Below the pieces are notes generated by a model. The model was not told the DNA's origin. It was given only the letters and a program-made list of their open reading frames with translations, and did no database searches. From assembly GCA_951406725.2 (NCBI GenBank), contig OX597819.1, positions 43,710,001 to 43,774,000 of the forward strand: a DNA stretch of 64,000 nucleotides, given 5' to 3'. This document shows, piece by piece, positions 1 to 13,197 of the stretch (position 1 is the first letter of the stretch; every line of letters starts with the position of its first letter). The position numbers and the translations under genes were made by a program. This DNA comes from Octopus vulgaris (taxonomy: Eukaryota).

Positions 1-174
1 CACTGTATTGTATTCTAGTTGTCTCCCTCTTAAAGTTTTCATCCACTAAAAGAAGACATTTTGTTTTTGTGAATATTTCAGTCTGAATTCCTTTACGTTT
101 CTTTTTTTCTGTTTTTTTTTTTTTGTTATATTATTGTTGTTAGTTTTCGCTGTTCCCGTACTGAAGTCACTGTT

Positions 175-985
<811 letters not shown>

Positions 986-1827
986 CAACATCGACATGGT
1001 TTTGGATACTTTGGTAACGCTGTTGTTGTTCCTGTTATTATAAAGCCCAATCCAACGATGACCATACCGTCTATTTCTTTTTTTTACCTATTCCACTGGT
1101 TATCTAGGAATCCATTATTCAAAGTGTCCTTCACAGAAATTACAATATTTTCTAATTAGTTCTTTCGGCATTTACGACACTGCAAATAGGACTTGAGGGA
1201 GACATAGCTACTATTTCTCGCAGGTACGTCGATAATAATGAAACTCTATCATTGTCGTTAACACCAAACGAAAAGTATTATTCACATGACCATTGTATCA
1301 TTTTGTATATAAAATATCAATGAAATTATTCAATGAGCTCTTTAAGAAGGTAGGATGAGATTTTATAAAGATTTGGTTAGTATTTCAAGCAGGTTGAGCA
1401 CTCATTTAAGAGGCCTGTCTCTTTGGCGCTTGCTTTGTTTTCGAGACAGCTCCATAAGACAAATATGGTGGTCTGAAGTTGACACAAAGGCAACGTCGCC
1501 AAGGAATAATGTAAATTGATATTGCTGTGTCAAAATATTACATTATGGCAAATTGCGAAGAGAATGTAAAGTGTGTGGTCATCGTGTGACTGTGTGTCTG
1601 CTGCAATTTGATGTGAGCTTGTGACTGTTTCTGCGCGTGCGTGCATACGTGTATATGTGTGTGTGTGTGTGTGTGTGTATGTGTGTTTAAATGCGTGTGG
1701 TGTACACACGTGAGGTTGTTCATGTGTTGTGAATGTATGCGATACAGGCACGTGTATGGTAACTGTATCTATGGTGTGTGTATATGTGTATAGACATACT
1801 CCATACGTCTATATCTTCATAAGTACG

Positions 1828-3060
<1,233 letters not shown>

Positions 3061-3189
3061 TACTCGCTCTGAATGTGTTGTCTTCATCGTGATTGTGATG
3101 ATGATCATAATCACGATGACGATGGCGATGATGATGAAGATGATGAATGCTGATGATTAAAAACGTAAAATAGGATGACAAATAACAGT

Positions 3190-3584
3190 TTCAAATTTTC
3201 GTATAGGGTCACCAGTTTTTGAGTGGAGGTGCCAAGTCGCTTATATCGACCCCAGTGTTCAACTGGTACTTATTTTATCGAGCCAGAAAAGATGAAAGGC
3301 AACGTTCACCTTGGCGGAATTTGAACTCAGAACGCTACGACGTACGAAATACCTATTTCTTTACTACCCACAAGGGGCTAAACACAAAGAAGACAAACAA
3401 GGACAGACAAACGGATTAAGTCGATTATATCGACCCCAGTGCGTAACTGATACTTAATTTATCGACCCCAAAAGGATGAAAGGCAAAGTCGACCTCGGCG
3501 GAATTTGAACTCAGAACGTAAAGGCAGACGAAATACCGCTAAGCATTTCGCCCGGCGTGCTAACGTTTCTGCCAGCTCGCCGCC
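3190..3584 (-). mobile_element. SINE family A (tRNA-derived head plus conserved central domain), dimeric copy
   Basis: Minus strand reads GGCGGCGAGCTGGCAGAAACGTTAG...GAGTTCAAATTCC (A/B boxes), then GCCTTTCATCCTTTTGGGGTCGATAAA. A second, 5'-truncated unit is joined at ~3350. More than 10 copies in the window. Confidence 0.9.
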
Positions 3585-3604
3585 TTAAGGATGGTACGAA
3601 TATT

Positions 3605-3819
3605 GATTTCAGATTTTTGTCATAAAGCCATCAATTTCAGGGAGGGTGGTAAGTCAAAGAGATCGACCACAGTACGCAACTGGTACTTAATTTATTGACC
3701 CCCCAAAAAGATGAAATGTAAAGTCGACCTCGGCGGAATTTGATCTCAGTATGTAAGACAGACGAAATCCCGCTAAGCATCTTGCCCGGCGAGCTAAACC
3801 ATTCTACCAGCTCGCCGCC
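3605..3819 (-). mobile_element. SINE family A copy (older tail variant)
   Basis: Same head and body as the neighbouring copy; ends CCAGCTCGCCGCC at 3819. Confidence 0.88.
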
Positions 3820-3965
3820 TCAAGGATGGTATAAGTACATTGAAGAAACTTCAATGTACTCAATCTTGGTGTCCTGATTTTCGATATACCTACTCACTAC
3901 CGACACCATCCTGTATAATCCTTAGGTGTACGACATCCAGTTACCAACTGGAAAGAGCAGACTTA

Positions 3966-4513
3966 TTGGGTTGTCCGGAAAGTTCGTGCCGATTTATAGT
4001 AGCTTACCTTTCAACTTATTTTAGAACATGGATTTGACTACACCTCCATTTAGAGCACAGTTTATGCTATCTTTTCGTGGAAGAAGGTTTATGTTGCTAT
4101 AACCTGTGTTAATTCTGTAACCCTTTAATATGGAAGATAAAAAAATTCATTTTCGGCTCTTGATGCTTTGGGAACCAGACAAAAATGGCTACAGCTCGGT
4201 TGGGATGTGTTACCCCATCCTCCTTATTCACCAGATATTGCTCCTTCGGATTTCCACTTATTCAGGTCTCTGCAGAATAGTCTTAATGGTAAAGATTTCA
4301 ATTCCTTGGATAACGTAAAAAGATACCTTGATGAATTCTTTGCCATGAAACCACCTCAATTCTGGGAAGAGGGTATTTTCAAGTTAAAGGAAAGATGGAG
4401 ACACATTGTGTCACAAAATGGTTCATATTTGGTTGATTAAAAATGTAATGGCAAGTAATTATTGACCTTTTCCTTTCCTTTAAAAATCGGCACGAACTTT
4501 CCGGACAACCCAA
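3966..4513 (+). mobile_element. Internally deleted mariner element (non-autonomous, ~548 bp)
   Basis: Perfect ~30-bp TIRs TTGGGTTGTCCGGAAAGTTCGTGCCGATTT with TA at both flanks (3964-65, 4514-15). Transposase start MEDKKIHFR is fused to a C-terminal piece containing LPHPPYSPDIAPSDFHLFRSL. Confidence 0.96.
4130..4440 (+). pseudogene. mariner transposase remnant (N-terminus fused out of frame to catalytic C-terminus)
   Basis: ORF 4168-4440 has the mariner YSPD(L/I)APSD motif; the HTH and first two catalytic Asp residues are deleted. Confidence 0.92.
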
Positions 4514-4859
4514 TAATATGCTCAGTAACTGTTACGATGATTTCGTGACTCATTGCATCGGTCACTCAAACTGGAAGCCGTAATCGCGTAAGGGTGTGTG
4601 TATTTATCAGACGGTCTCGTTTTACTTCTTGACATATTCGCATGTTTTCCATTTTGTAATAATATGACCTTCAGACATTTCTTCATATAAAGGCGTTATT
4701 TGAGTTCATAGCTTTATTTTAATTCCCATTATCGTTATTTAAACTGCGCAATAGCAACAAATCACGTGCTTTTTACGATGTCATAGTATTGGTTTAGCGT
4801 TCTATCAAAGTCACAACTATTTGAGAATTCTACTGGGAAATTTCACCTCTTGTTTTTTA

Positions 4860-5635
4860 CTAGTTTCAGTTATTTTATTAAACTGCGGCCATGGTGGGAC
4901 ATTGCTTTGAAGGTTTTTTTTTTATTTATTTATTTCCCGGTTTCTATGGCTTATGTGTGTGTCCCCCCCCCCCAGCTGGACGAGACGCCAGTCCATCGCA
5001 GCGTTACTCAAGAAACAGGAAGAAAGAGTGAGAGAAAGTGGGGGCGAAAGAGTACAACAGGGGTCGCCAGCGCCACCCCACTGTCAGCCTCGTGGAGCTT
5101 TAAGTGTTTTCGCTCAATAAGCACACACATCGCCCGGTCTGGGAATCGAAACCGCGATCCTCCAACCGCGAGTCCGCCACCCTAACCACTGGGCCATTGC
5201 ACCTCCACTTTGAAGGTTTTAGCGGTACGAATCGACCGCCACCACTTATTCCATTGGTCTCTTTTGTCGGACTGCTAGAATACGGGGACGTAAACAAACC
5301 GACACTGGTTGTCGAGCGGTGATAGGGGACAAACTCAAAGACATACACATACTCGTGCACACACACAACACAAGCGTCCACACACGCACACACACATACA
5401 CATGCGCGCGCATACACACGCACGTGTACACACACAGACACACACATACACATAGACACACACATATATATACGACGGGATTGTTTTAGTTTCCGTCTAC
5501 CAAATCTACTAACAAGGCTTGGATCGGCCCGTGGTTATATTAGAAGACACTCGTCCAAGGTTCCACGCAGTGAGATTGAACCTGCAACCATTTTGTTGGG
5601 AAACCAACTTCATACCACATGCAACCCATGCACCT
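4860..5635 (-). mobile_element. SINE family B (CORE-type, internal microsatellite), degenerate, interrupted by SINE C
   Basis: Matches full-length copies at 9525-9935 and 60060-60475; 3' end at 4860-4917, remainder at 5208-5635. Confidence 0.8.
4918..5207 (-). mobile_element. SINE family C (tRNA head, V-domain-like GCGATGGACTGGCGTC motif) with 13-bp TSD
   Basis: A box TGGCCCAGTGG, B box GTTTCGATTCC. TSD CTTTGAAGGTTTT at 4905-4917 and 5208-5220. Second copy at 18400-18715. Confidence 0.9.
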
Positions 5636-6139
5636 ATAAAATAATGATTCCTGCAATGATAAAATCAGTTTGTACAATTATCTTTAAAAAAAATATCCAC
5701 AACCACGCTCGCCATTGCAACTCTGCCAGCTTTCTTTAAGGTATGAAGAGGGTGTCGAAAACCTCTAAGAAACAATAAAACCTTGACATCAAACCATAAA
5801 GAGGTTTTCAAAGAAACTGCAAAATGTACTATCAACAGCCTCATACAGATATCACAATGTCCGTAGTCTTTCTTTCTAATAAGATCATTTTTGGCAGTTT
5901 GCTATTGACATCGATGATGCAAATAGAATTCCAGTCAAAATGAAGTCGAGTCAGGAAATTTGAACCAGCTTTAGGACTAAGTATTTTTTTTTTAAAGATG
6001 CACTTAATTCTATATGTGCTGCAATGAGAACTGCTTAATACAAATATGCTGCCACATATTAAGTAAATGCACAGCATTTTATTTGAGAAAGTAACTGTTG
6101 CAAAGACTAGGCAAATTATATATATATATATATATACAT

Positions 6140-6305
6140 ATACGACAGGCTTCTTTCAGTTTCCGTCTACCAAATTCACTCACAAGGCATTGGTCGGCCC
6201 GGGGCTATAGCAGAAAACACTTGCCCAAGATGCCACGCAGTGGGACTGAACCCGGAACCATGTGGTTGGTAAGCAAGCTACTTACCACACAGCCACTCCT
6301 GCATC
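6140..6305 (-). mobile_element. SINE family B, 5' half
   Basis: tRNA-like head plus CORE-like CTTGGGCAAGTG motif, ending in a (TA)n tract. Confidence 0.88.
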
Positions 6306-6644
6306 TATGATCATGTAGCATCACAAACATTATAGATATATAGTATGGCTTTCTGAATGCACAATGACCTTTGAATGTATTAAAATTATCACATGTGTAA
6401 ATTTTATCTTCTTTTATAAATTGGAGACGGGAACTGTTTGAGTGCAATTTAATTGGTGGCACGTCTGTTTAGGTTACAGATGATGCATTGCTCAAGTCCT
6501 GTGTGCAGCTTCCAGCCAAGGGTTTTTCTTTTAATACTTAATATAGATTATATGCTATGATTTATAGTTGAACTCGTGTTGCTAAACATCGTTAATATAG
6601 AGCTGCATAATTTCCACACGCTCTCCATTTGCGCTCCAAAAGTG

Positions 6645-6928
<284 letters not shown>

Positions 6929-7114
6929 TATTAAAGAGTAGCGCGCATGAACAGCAAAAGTCAATCTGGACCAAGTGGCTTTACTTTGCGTGCTTTAGCT
7001 TCGTACTATATCCGGATACATATTGATCAGACCACTTATATGTATATGTATGTATTCTTTTATTCCCTTGTTTCAGGCAAAGCGGGAGTACTGCCACATG
7101 GTTGGGAATCAAGC

Positions 7115-7515
7115 GTCTTATTTCTTTACTGTCCACAAGGGGCTACACACAGATGGGACAAACAAGGACAGACAAACGATTATATTGACCCCAGTGCGTA
7201 ACTGGTACTTATTTAATCTACCCCGAAAGGATGAAAGGCAAAGTCGACCTCGGCTGAATTTGAACTCAGAACGTAGCGGCAGACGAAATACCTATTTCTT
7301 TACTACACACAAGGGGCTAAACACAGAGAGTGCAAATAAGGACAGACAAACGAATTAAATCGATTACATCGACCCCAGTGCGTAACTGGTACTTATTTAA
7401 TCTACCCCGAAAGGATGAAAGGCAAAGTCGACCTCGGTGGAATTTGAGCTCAGAACGTAGCGGCAGACGAAATACCGCTAAGCATTTCGTCCGGCGTGCT
7501 AACGCTTCTACCGCC
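7115..7515 (-). mobile_element. SINE family A dimer
   Basis: Two units joined at GACGAAATACC|TATTTCTTTAC (~7291). Confidence 0.9.
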
Positions 7516-7574
7516 TTACTACACAATCAAGCGTTTTACCACACAACCAGCCTGCACCTATATATGTATATATA

Positions 7575-7780
7575 TTCTTTTATTCTTTTATTTGTTTCAT
7601 TCATTAGACTGTGGCAATGCTAGGGCACTGCCTTCAAGAATCTTTGTCAAATGAATCGATTCCAGTAAATTATATTGTTTTTTCAAAGCCTGGTATTTAT
7701 TACATCGGTATCTTTTTGCCGAACTGCTAAGTTACGGTGACGTAAACACGCCAACACCGGTTGTCAAGCGGTGGCGGAAA

Positions 7781-7811
<31 letters not shown>

Positions 7812-7985
7812 CACATGCATATTCGATGGGTTTTTTTTAGTTTCCATCTACCAAATGCACTCACAAAGGCTTTCGTCTGCTCGAGGCTACAGCAGAAGAC
7901 ACTTCTCCAAGGTATCACGCAGTGAGACTGAACCTGGAACCATGTAGTTGGAATGCAAGCTTCTTAACGCAGAGCAACGCTGGTG
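7575..7985 (-). mobile_element. SINE family B, near full-length, diverged
   Basis: Both halves match the family B consensus seen at 9525-9935. Confidence 0.85.
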
Positions 7986-8062
7986 ATTGTATGTATATAT
8001 ATATAGATTGAATACAGTCAAGAATGAGTACGTTTAGACATGTTTCGGTATATATAAATTAT

Positions 8063-8380
8063 GGGTAAAGACCCGTTTCAGTCATTCATGACCATGGGAT
8101 TGCACCTAGAAAATTTCCCTCCTAGGCACAAGTTCGAACATGGTTGTTTATGGAAGACCATCAGTAGCCCATGCATACCAGCCTCGCCCCTCCACGCTGC
8201 CAATTTTGTCCAACAGAAAAGCAAAGGCCGTTACAGCTTGGCACCCTCGACGTTGCAACTCATTTCTACAGCTGAGTGAACTGTCTTACTCAAGAATACA
8301 ACACAGCCCAGTCCGGGAATAGAACTCACTACCTCACGATTGTGAGCACGACGCTCTAACCACTGAGCAATGCACCTTCA
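8063..8380 (-). mobile_element. SINE family D (tRNA head GAAGGYGCATNGCTCAGTGGTTAGAGCG)
   Basis: A/B boxes present; body matches 28470-28825. Confidence 0.85.
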
Positions 8381-8489
8381 CGCACGCACACACTCACACA
8401 CACACGCGCGCGCGCATACACACACACACACACAAGCACACACACACACACACACACACATACACACACACACACACACATATATGTGT

Positions 8490-8832
8490 GTTCAGTCCTA
8501 CTGCATGGCACCTTGGGCAAGTGTCTTCTATTATAGCCACGCGCCGACCAAAGCCTTGTGAGTGGATTTGGTAGACGGAAACTGAAAGAAGCCCGTCGTA
8601 TATATATATGTATATATATATATATATATTTGTGTGTCTGTGTTTGTCTCCCCAACATCGCTTGACAACCGATGCTGGTGTGTTTACGTCCCCGTAACTT
8701 AGCGGTTCGGAAAAAGAGACCGATAGAATAAATACTAGGCTTACTATGAATAAGTCCTGGAGTCGATTTGCTCGACTAAAGGCGATGCTCCAGCATAACC
8801 ACAGTCAAATGACTGAAACAAGTAAAAGAGTA
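8490..8832 (+). mobile_element. SINE family B, 5'-truncated
   Basis: CCTTGGGCAAGTGTCTT core, internal (TA)n, 3' end GACTGAAACAAGTAAAAGAG. Confidence 0.9.
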
Positions 8833-8941
8833 AAATTATGCACACGCACACATATCAGGTTCTATGCAATGGTGTTCAGTTCGAGTGTTGGTATAGCTTT
8901 CAATCCCAAAGTTAGGTGCTAAACCATCAGATATTTTGTAT

Positions 8942-8999
<58 letters not shown>

Positions 9000-9524
9000 C
9001 ACTTCATTTACTTTGCGTCGTCGCCCTCGGGAGAGAGCCTCTGCTCTTTAGCAACTCCCAATATCTCATCTATTGCACTGATGTAATCTTCATGTAAAAG
9101 CGTCGGCTTCCGTCGAGCTCCGCTGTTAGTTTGCGAGTGTTATGGTAAAAATTAAGTAATAAATAAACAGACGGTATTTTATCACTCTCAGGCGTCGATG
9201 TGACTGACACGTTTCAGCAAAATATCGATGTGAAACGCCTAATGTTGAATATATTTGAATACATTAAATGTGTATTCCCATCACGAACACCACGGTTATA
9301 GTAAAGTATGGCTCTCCAAATGCACTGTGACCTCTGAATTTAGCTAAATCTTGTATTTCGAAAAGAACACACATGTAAACAGGCAAGAGAGCAGTGCTTA
9401 CATAGCGCACGCCTTGCGATCCGCAATAAATTGGTGGAGAGGATGCATCAGCTATCTACAGTCATCGGCGAAAGATTGTTAACTCTCCGCTTAAAAGCTT
9501 GTTAATGCATACTTGACAAGTATA

Positions 9525-9935
9525 GGCGCAGGAGTGGCTGAGTGGTAAGTAGCTTGCTTACCAACCACATGGTTCCGGGTTCATTCCCACTGCGTGGCAC
9601 CTTGGGCAAGTATCTTCTACTATAGTCTCGGGCCGACCAAAGCCTTGTGAGTGGATTTGGTAGACGGAAACTGAAAGAAGCCCATCGTATATATATATGT
9701 ATATATATGTGTGTGTATATGTTTGTGTGTTTGTGTTTGTCCCCCCAACATCGCTTGACAACCGATGCTGGTGTGTTTACGTCCCCGTAACCTAGCGGTT
9801 CGGCAAAAGAGACCGATAGAATAAGTACTAAGCTTACAAAGATTAAGAATATGTCCTGGGGGGTCGATTTGTTCGACTAAAGGCAGTGCTCCAGCATGGC
9901 CGCAGTCAAATGACTGAAACAAGTAAAAGAGTAAG
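9525..9935 (+). mobile_element. SINE family B, full-length
   Basis: Complete head, CORE-like segment, internal TA/TG microsatellite and 3' end; AAGTAT occurs on both flanks. Confidence 0.92.
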
Positions 9936-10019
9936 TATTAGTTTGCTCCCACATACGAAGCTGACACAGGAGTTAAATATAAATTAGACTGCAGACACAG
10001 ACGATAAAGTTTTCATATA

Positions 10020-10916
10020 CAGGGTGCTCGGGCTAAATTTGACGGCTAAGTTTTATGACCCCTTTTATTTTTCAGGAATAGCTCGATGTTTTAGTGAACG
10101 GTCATCGATGTTGCAGAGCATAAAGATTAAAGTTGTAGCTGAGAAAAAGTAAGCTGACATAGACAACTAAAAGCCATCTGAATTTTGGAAAAGCATTACC
10201 TCTATCATGATTATCAAAATGCCGAAATCATGACTGTTTTTTTTTATGGTTTGTGAACTCTGTAAAGGCTGTAAGATGTGACATGAACAGCCGCAACGGA
10301 GACTACGAGGCCGTGGCCAGCAGCCATTCTGACTGCGACCGCACGCCGATATTCATACCTACATCTTTCAACAGGGCCTTAGGCTCAATTCAGACGACTA
10401 CGTGAAGCTGCTGGAGACTGTGGTCGGTCCTTGAGAGGAGAGGATAGCTGCTGGAAGGTCATATGTGTGGCAAGCAGGAATCGGTTTCTTGCCATACCTC
10501 CAGAAAAGGCCAGAAATGGTTGTCAGAGAATTTCTACCACTTCACCAGCCTCACTGTCTTTCCTCTTAATTCCCTCGATTGTAATTCCATGGATTATTAC
10601 TTGTGGGGTGCGGCTTAGAAATACACCAGTCACTCTGCCTGCAATACCAAGGCCGAGCTGGTGGCCAAGATCAAAGATATTTTCGGAGATTTATTCAGGA
10701 ACACAGTAAGGAATACATGCGCCAGGTTCTGAAGCCGTCTTGAGGACGCGGCGGAAGCTGAGGGCAGCTACTTTGAGTAAATTGTTTTCTCCTAGCCCTA
10801 ATCTAGTTGATATCTTTTGATTTTTTTAAATATTTTAATTTTGGGATGGGTTTTCTTTTGTTTTCTTGTTTTCTTTTCCTTTTATGCAAACTGTCAAATT
10901 GAGCCCGAACACTCTG
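10020..10916 (+). mobile_element. Degenerate Tc1/mariner-superfamily element (maT/DD37D-like)
   Basis: Imperfect TIRs CAGGGTGCTCGGGCTAAATTTGAC / GTCAAATTGAGCCCGAACACTCTG with TA flanks. Frameshifted transposase remnants ~10370-10780 (GLRLNSDDYVKLLETVV...CHTSRK...NSLDCNSMDYYLWG...AEGSYFE*). Confidence 0.85.
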
Positions 10917-11131
10917 TAAACTACAGAGACAGACACTAAAGCAGACACAAATTGCATACTATATAACCAACTCATCCTACAATGGAGATAAGTCTCAATT
11001 TGGTTTTCGACTTCCCAGTGGTGCTGTTAATGCGATCTTCTGTACCGTGAGAAATACCGTAAGCAACACTATCTTACATGGATTTCTTTGAATTTATCAA
11101 GATATTTAGTTCCCTAAATCGTGAATCTCTG

Positions 11132-11323
11132 TGTTGTGTGGTGCCCCCAGACAGTGAAGTCGGCTAACCCAATACGTAGCAGAGTAGCAGTCAGGGTCGA
11201 GTTGAGTAGCAGTCGAACAGAGTAGTAGAGTCGAGTTGAGCAGCGGTCATCCGAACGTGCGACATAACAGTGGCGACAAGGATGAGATAGAACACACAAC
11301 CATGTCGAACGTGCGACATAACA
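11132..11323 (+). mobile_element. Collapsed LTR retrotransposon remnant (5' LTR, PBS, end of 3' LTR)
   Basis: Termini TGTTGTGT...ACATAACA; 5-bp TSD CTCTG (11127-31, 11324-28). LTR end CGAACGTGCGACATAACA occurs twice; the first is followed by PBS-like TGGCGACAAGGAT (11271-83). Confidence 0.75.
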
Positions 11324-11558
11324 CTCTGGAAAATCAAATTTGGCTGTTCATGAAAATTCATTGTAACCATGCCGATCCACATGTTTGAAGGCATAGAACA
11401 TTCTCCTCTTATAAAGTTTTCGGTTGTGCTTTTATTTATAAGTACCTATGGCATGTCCCGTGGTTTTATATCTGAAATATAGGTTTATCGTCAATAAAGA
11501 ATTATGTAAAAGAGGGTGAAATAATTTGAAGTAAGAAGAATCGTGTAATAGATCAAAG

Positions 11559-11982
11559 GGATCTTTTCGGTTTGAACGGCAGTTTTTTCTAGCGGTGTCA
11601 TATGAAATTGTCACCTATAATTATGACCCTAGTATCGATCTATTGCATTTCAATCTCTTTTAGGGTTAGGATTAGTTAGGGTTAGGGTTAGGGGGAAGGG
11701 TATCTTTTTTTCTTCAGAAATGTAAATAAACCCAATCTGTTTCTTAAACGAGGGACATATTCATACGACACAGAATGTCTTTACCTCAATAGACGTCATT
11801 GATTGGTTGAAATTGCAGAAATTGAAGGAAAAAGACAAATATCTTACAAACTATAGAATTTTCTCAATAAAACCAAGAGAAAAAGATGTTTTATAAACAC
11901 ATTCTACCAGTATACGAAGTTTAAAAGTGTTTAGTTACGTGGAAATTATTTTAAAAAACTGCCGTTCAAACCGAAAAGATCC
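11559..11982. mobile_element. MITE with GG...CC termini and 8-bp TSD (Merlin-like), carrying TTAGGG repeats
   Basis: TIR GGATCTTTTCGGTTTGAACGGCAGTTTT at both ends; flanks GATCAAAG / GACCAAAG; (TTAGGG)-like run ~11660-11695. Confidence 0.85.
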
Positions 11983-12997
11983 GACCAAAGTACATAGTTT
12001 TTATCTGTTTTCATATCTCTATACGTAACGTACAGCAAACTACTGAAAGGAAATTCGGGACAATTCATCAATGTCTGTGTTTACAATACTTTTAGTAAAA
12101 TTTACATTTTCATAATTCGTATGCCAGTGAGATCGTCTTGGTAGGCTATATTAAATCTGACCAGTAAAAATCTTTGTGTCTGATGGTTAATCAAATCTAC
12201 TCAGAGCAACATACAACTAACCGTGCATGAACACATTAGTAGTATTGTAAAGAAAGTAACTTATTAAAATTAAACAGATAAAATAAAAAGGGAATTTTTT
12301 TTCAGTTTTCTTAAAATTTAAAAAATGGCGTTCATTTTTTTTTTCGTTTTGAAATAAACTTATTTCTTTTGAAAGAAAAAAATTCTTTATTTTCGAAAGT
12401 AGCAGATTAATGTCTTTAACGATCATGTCTCTGTACACATACATACATACATGCATGCATACATGCAGAGAGAGAGAGACAGAGGAGGGAGTAGAGAGGG
12501 AGAGAGAGCGAAAGAGGAGAGGATTTGCGAAGAAAACGGAAGTTATATTACAGTCAAATAGAATTTGACTATCATTATAATTATGATTAATCGTTTCGAC
12601 GTCATGTACCATTGCAGTATTTCTTCCCCCTTTTTTCTTCCTTTTCCATGTGTGTATTCTTTGTGATTTCATCATATTTAAGTTAAAGGTGTTGTACTCT
12701 AACAAGTTACGGGCTTGCCGCTTTTGGAGGTAGCTCTTCCTTCAGTCATGCCCATTGTGTTGATGCCCTCTCATTAAGCAAGTCAGATACTATCTCCGAC
12801 TCCGTAGGAATCACTGCTAGCAACTGACAAGACGTTTCTGAGTACTATAACCAGAAGTCCGTTATCATATCAGGTTCTGGCGCCCTCTACTTGTTGTGCT
12901 TAGGGTTTACTTCTTGTGGTCTTTTGCCACTCCCGATTGTCCAGATATTCTCTGTTTTCAACTACGTTTGTGTGTGTATGACTATACGAGTATATAC

Positions 12998-13055
12998 GTG
13001 GTCAGGATTCCTGGCTTTCACCCAGGCGATCCGGGTTCGATTCCGAGCATCAGAA
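12998..13055 (+). pseudogene. 5'-truncated tRNA-Glu(TTC) pseudogene or tRNA-derived fragment
   Basis: Anticodon arm CCTGG-CT-TTC-AC-CCAGG (TTC at 13017-19), T-loop GGTTCGATTCC; the 5' acceptor strand and part of the D arm are missing. Confidence 0.8.
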
Positions 13056-13059
13056 TGCA

Positions 13060-13066
13060 TATATAA

Positions 13067-13123
<57 letters not shown>

Positions 13124-13140
13124 CACGTACTTATGTATGA

Positions 13141-13197
<57 letters not shown>

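Noticed and set aside
5640-6540. Unique-looking sequence with Cys/His-containing minus-strand peptides (possible old DNA transposon)
   Set aside because: Multiple stops and no motif I can assign with confidence.
8028-8060. GAAACATGTC on the minus strand (3' half of a hammerhead)
   Set aside because: The CUGAnGA half is missing, cut by the SINE D insertion; a fold cannot be supported.
11180-11325. Short direct repeats with spacers resembling a CRISPR array
   Set aside because: Only two copies of each repeat, eukaryotic context, no cas genes; explained by LTR structure.
12710-12900. Possible ribozyme or LINE 5' UTR on the minus strand (CTGATATGA...GAAACGTC)
   Set aside because: Core spacing is wrong and stem I does not pair.
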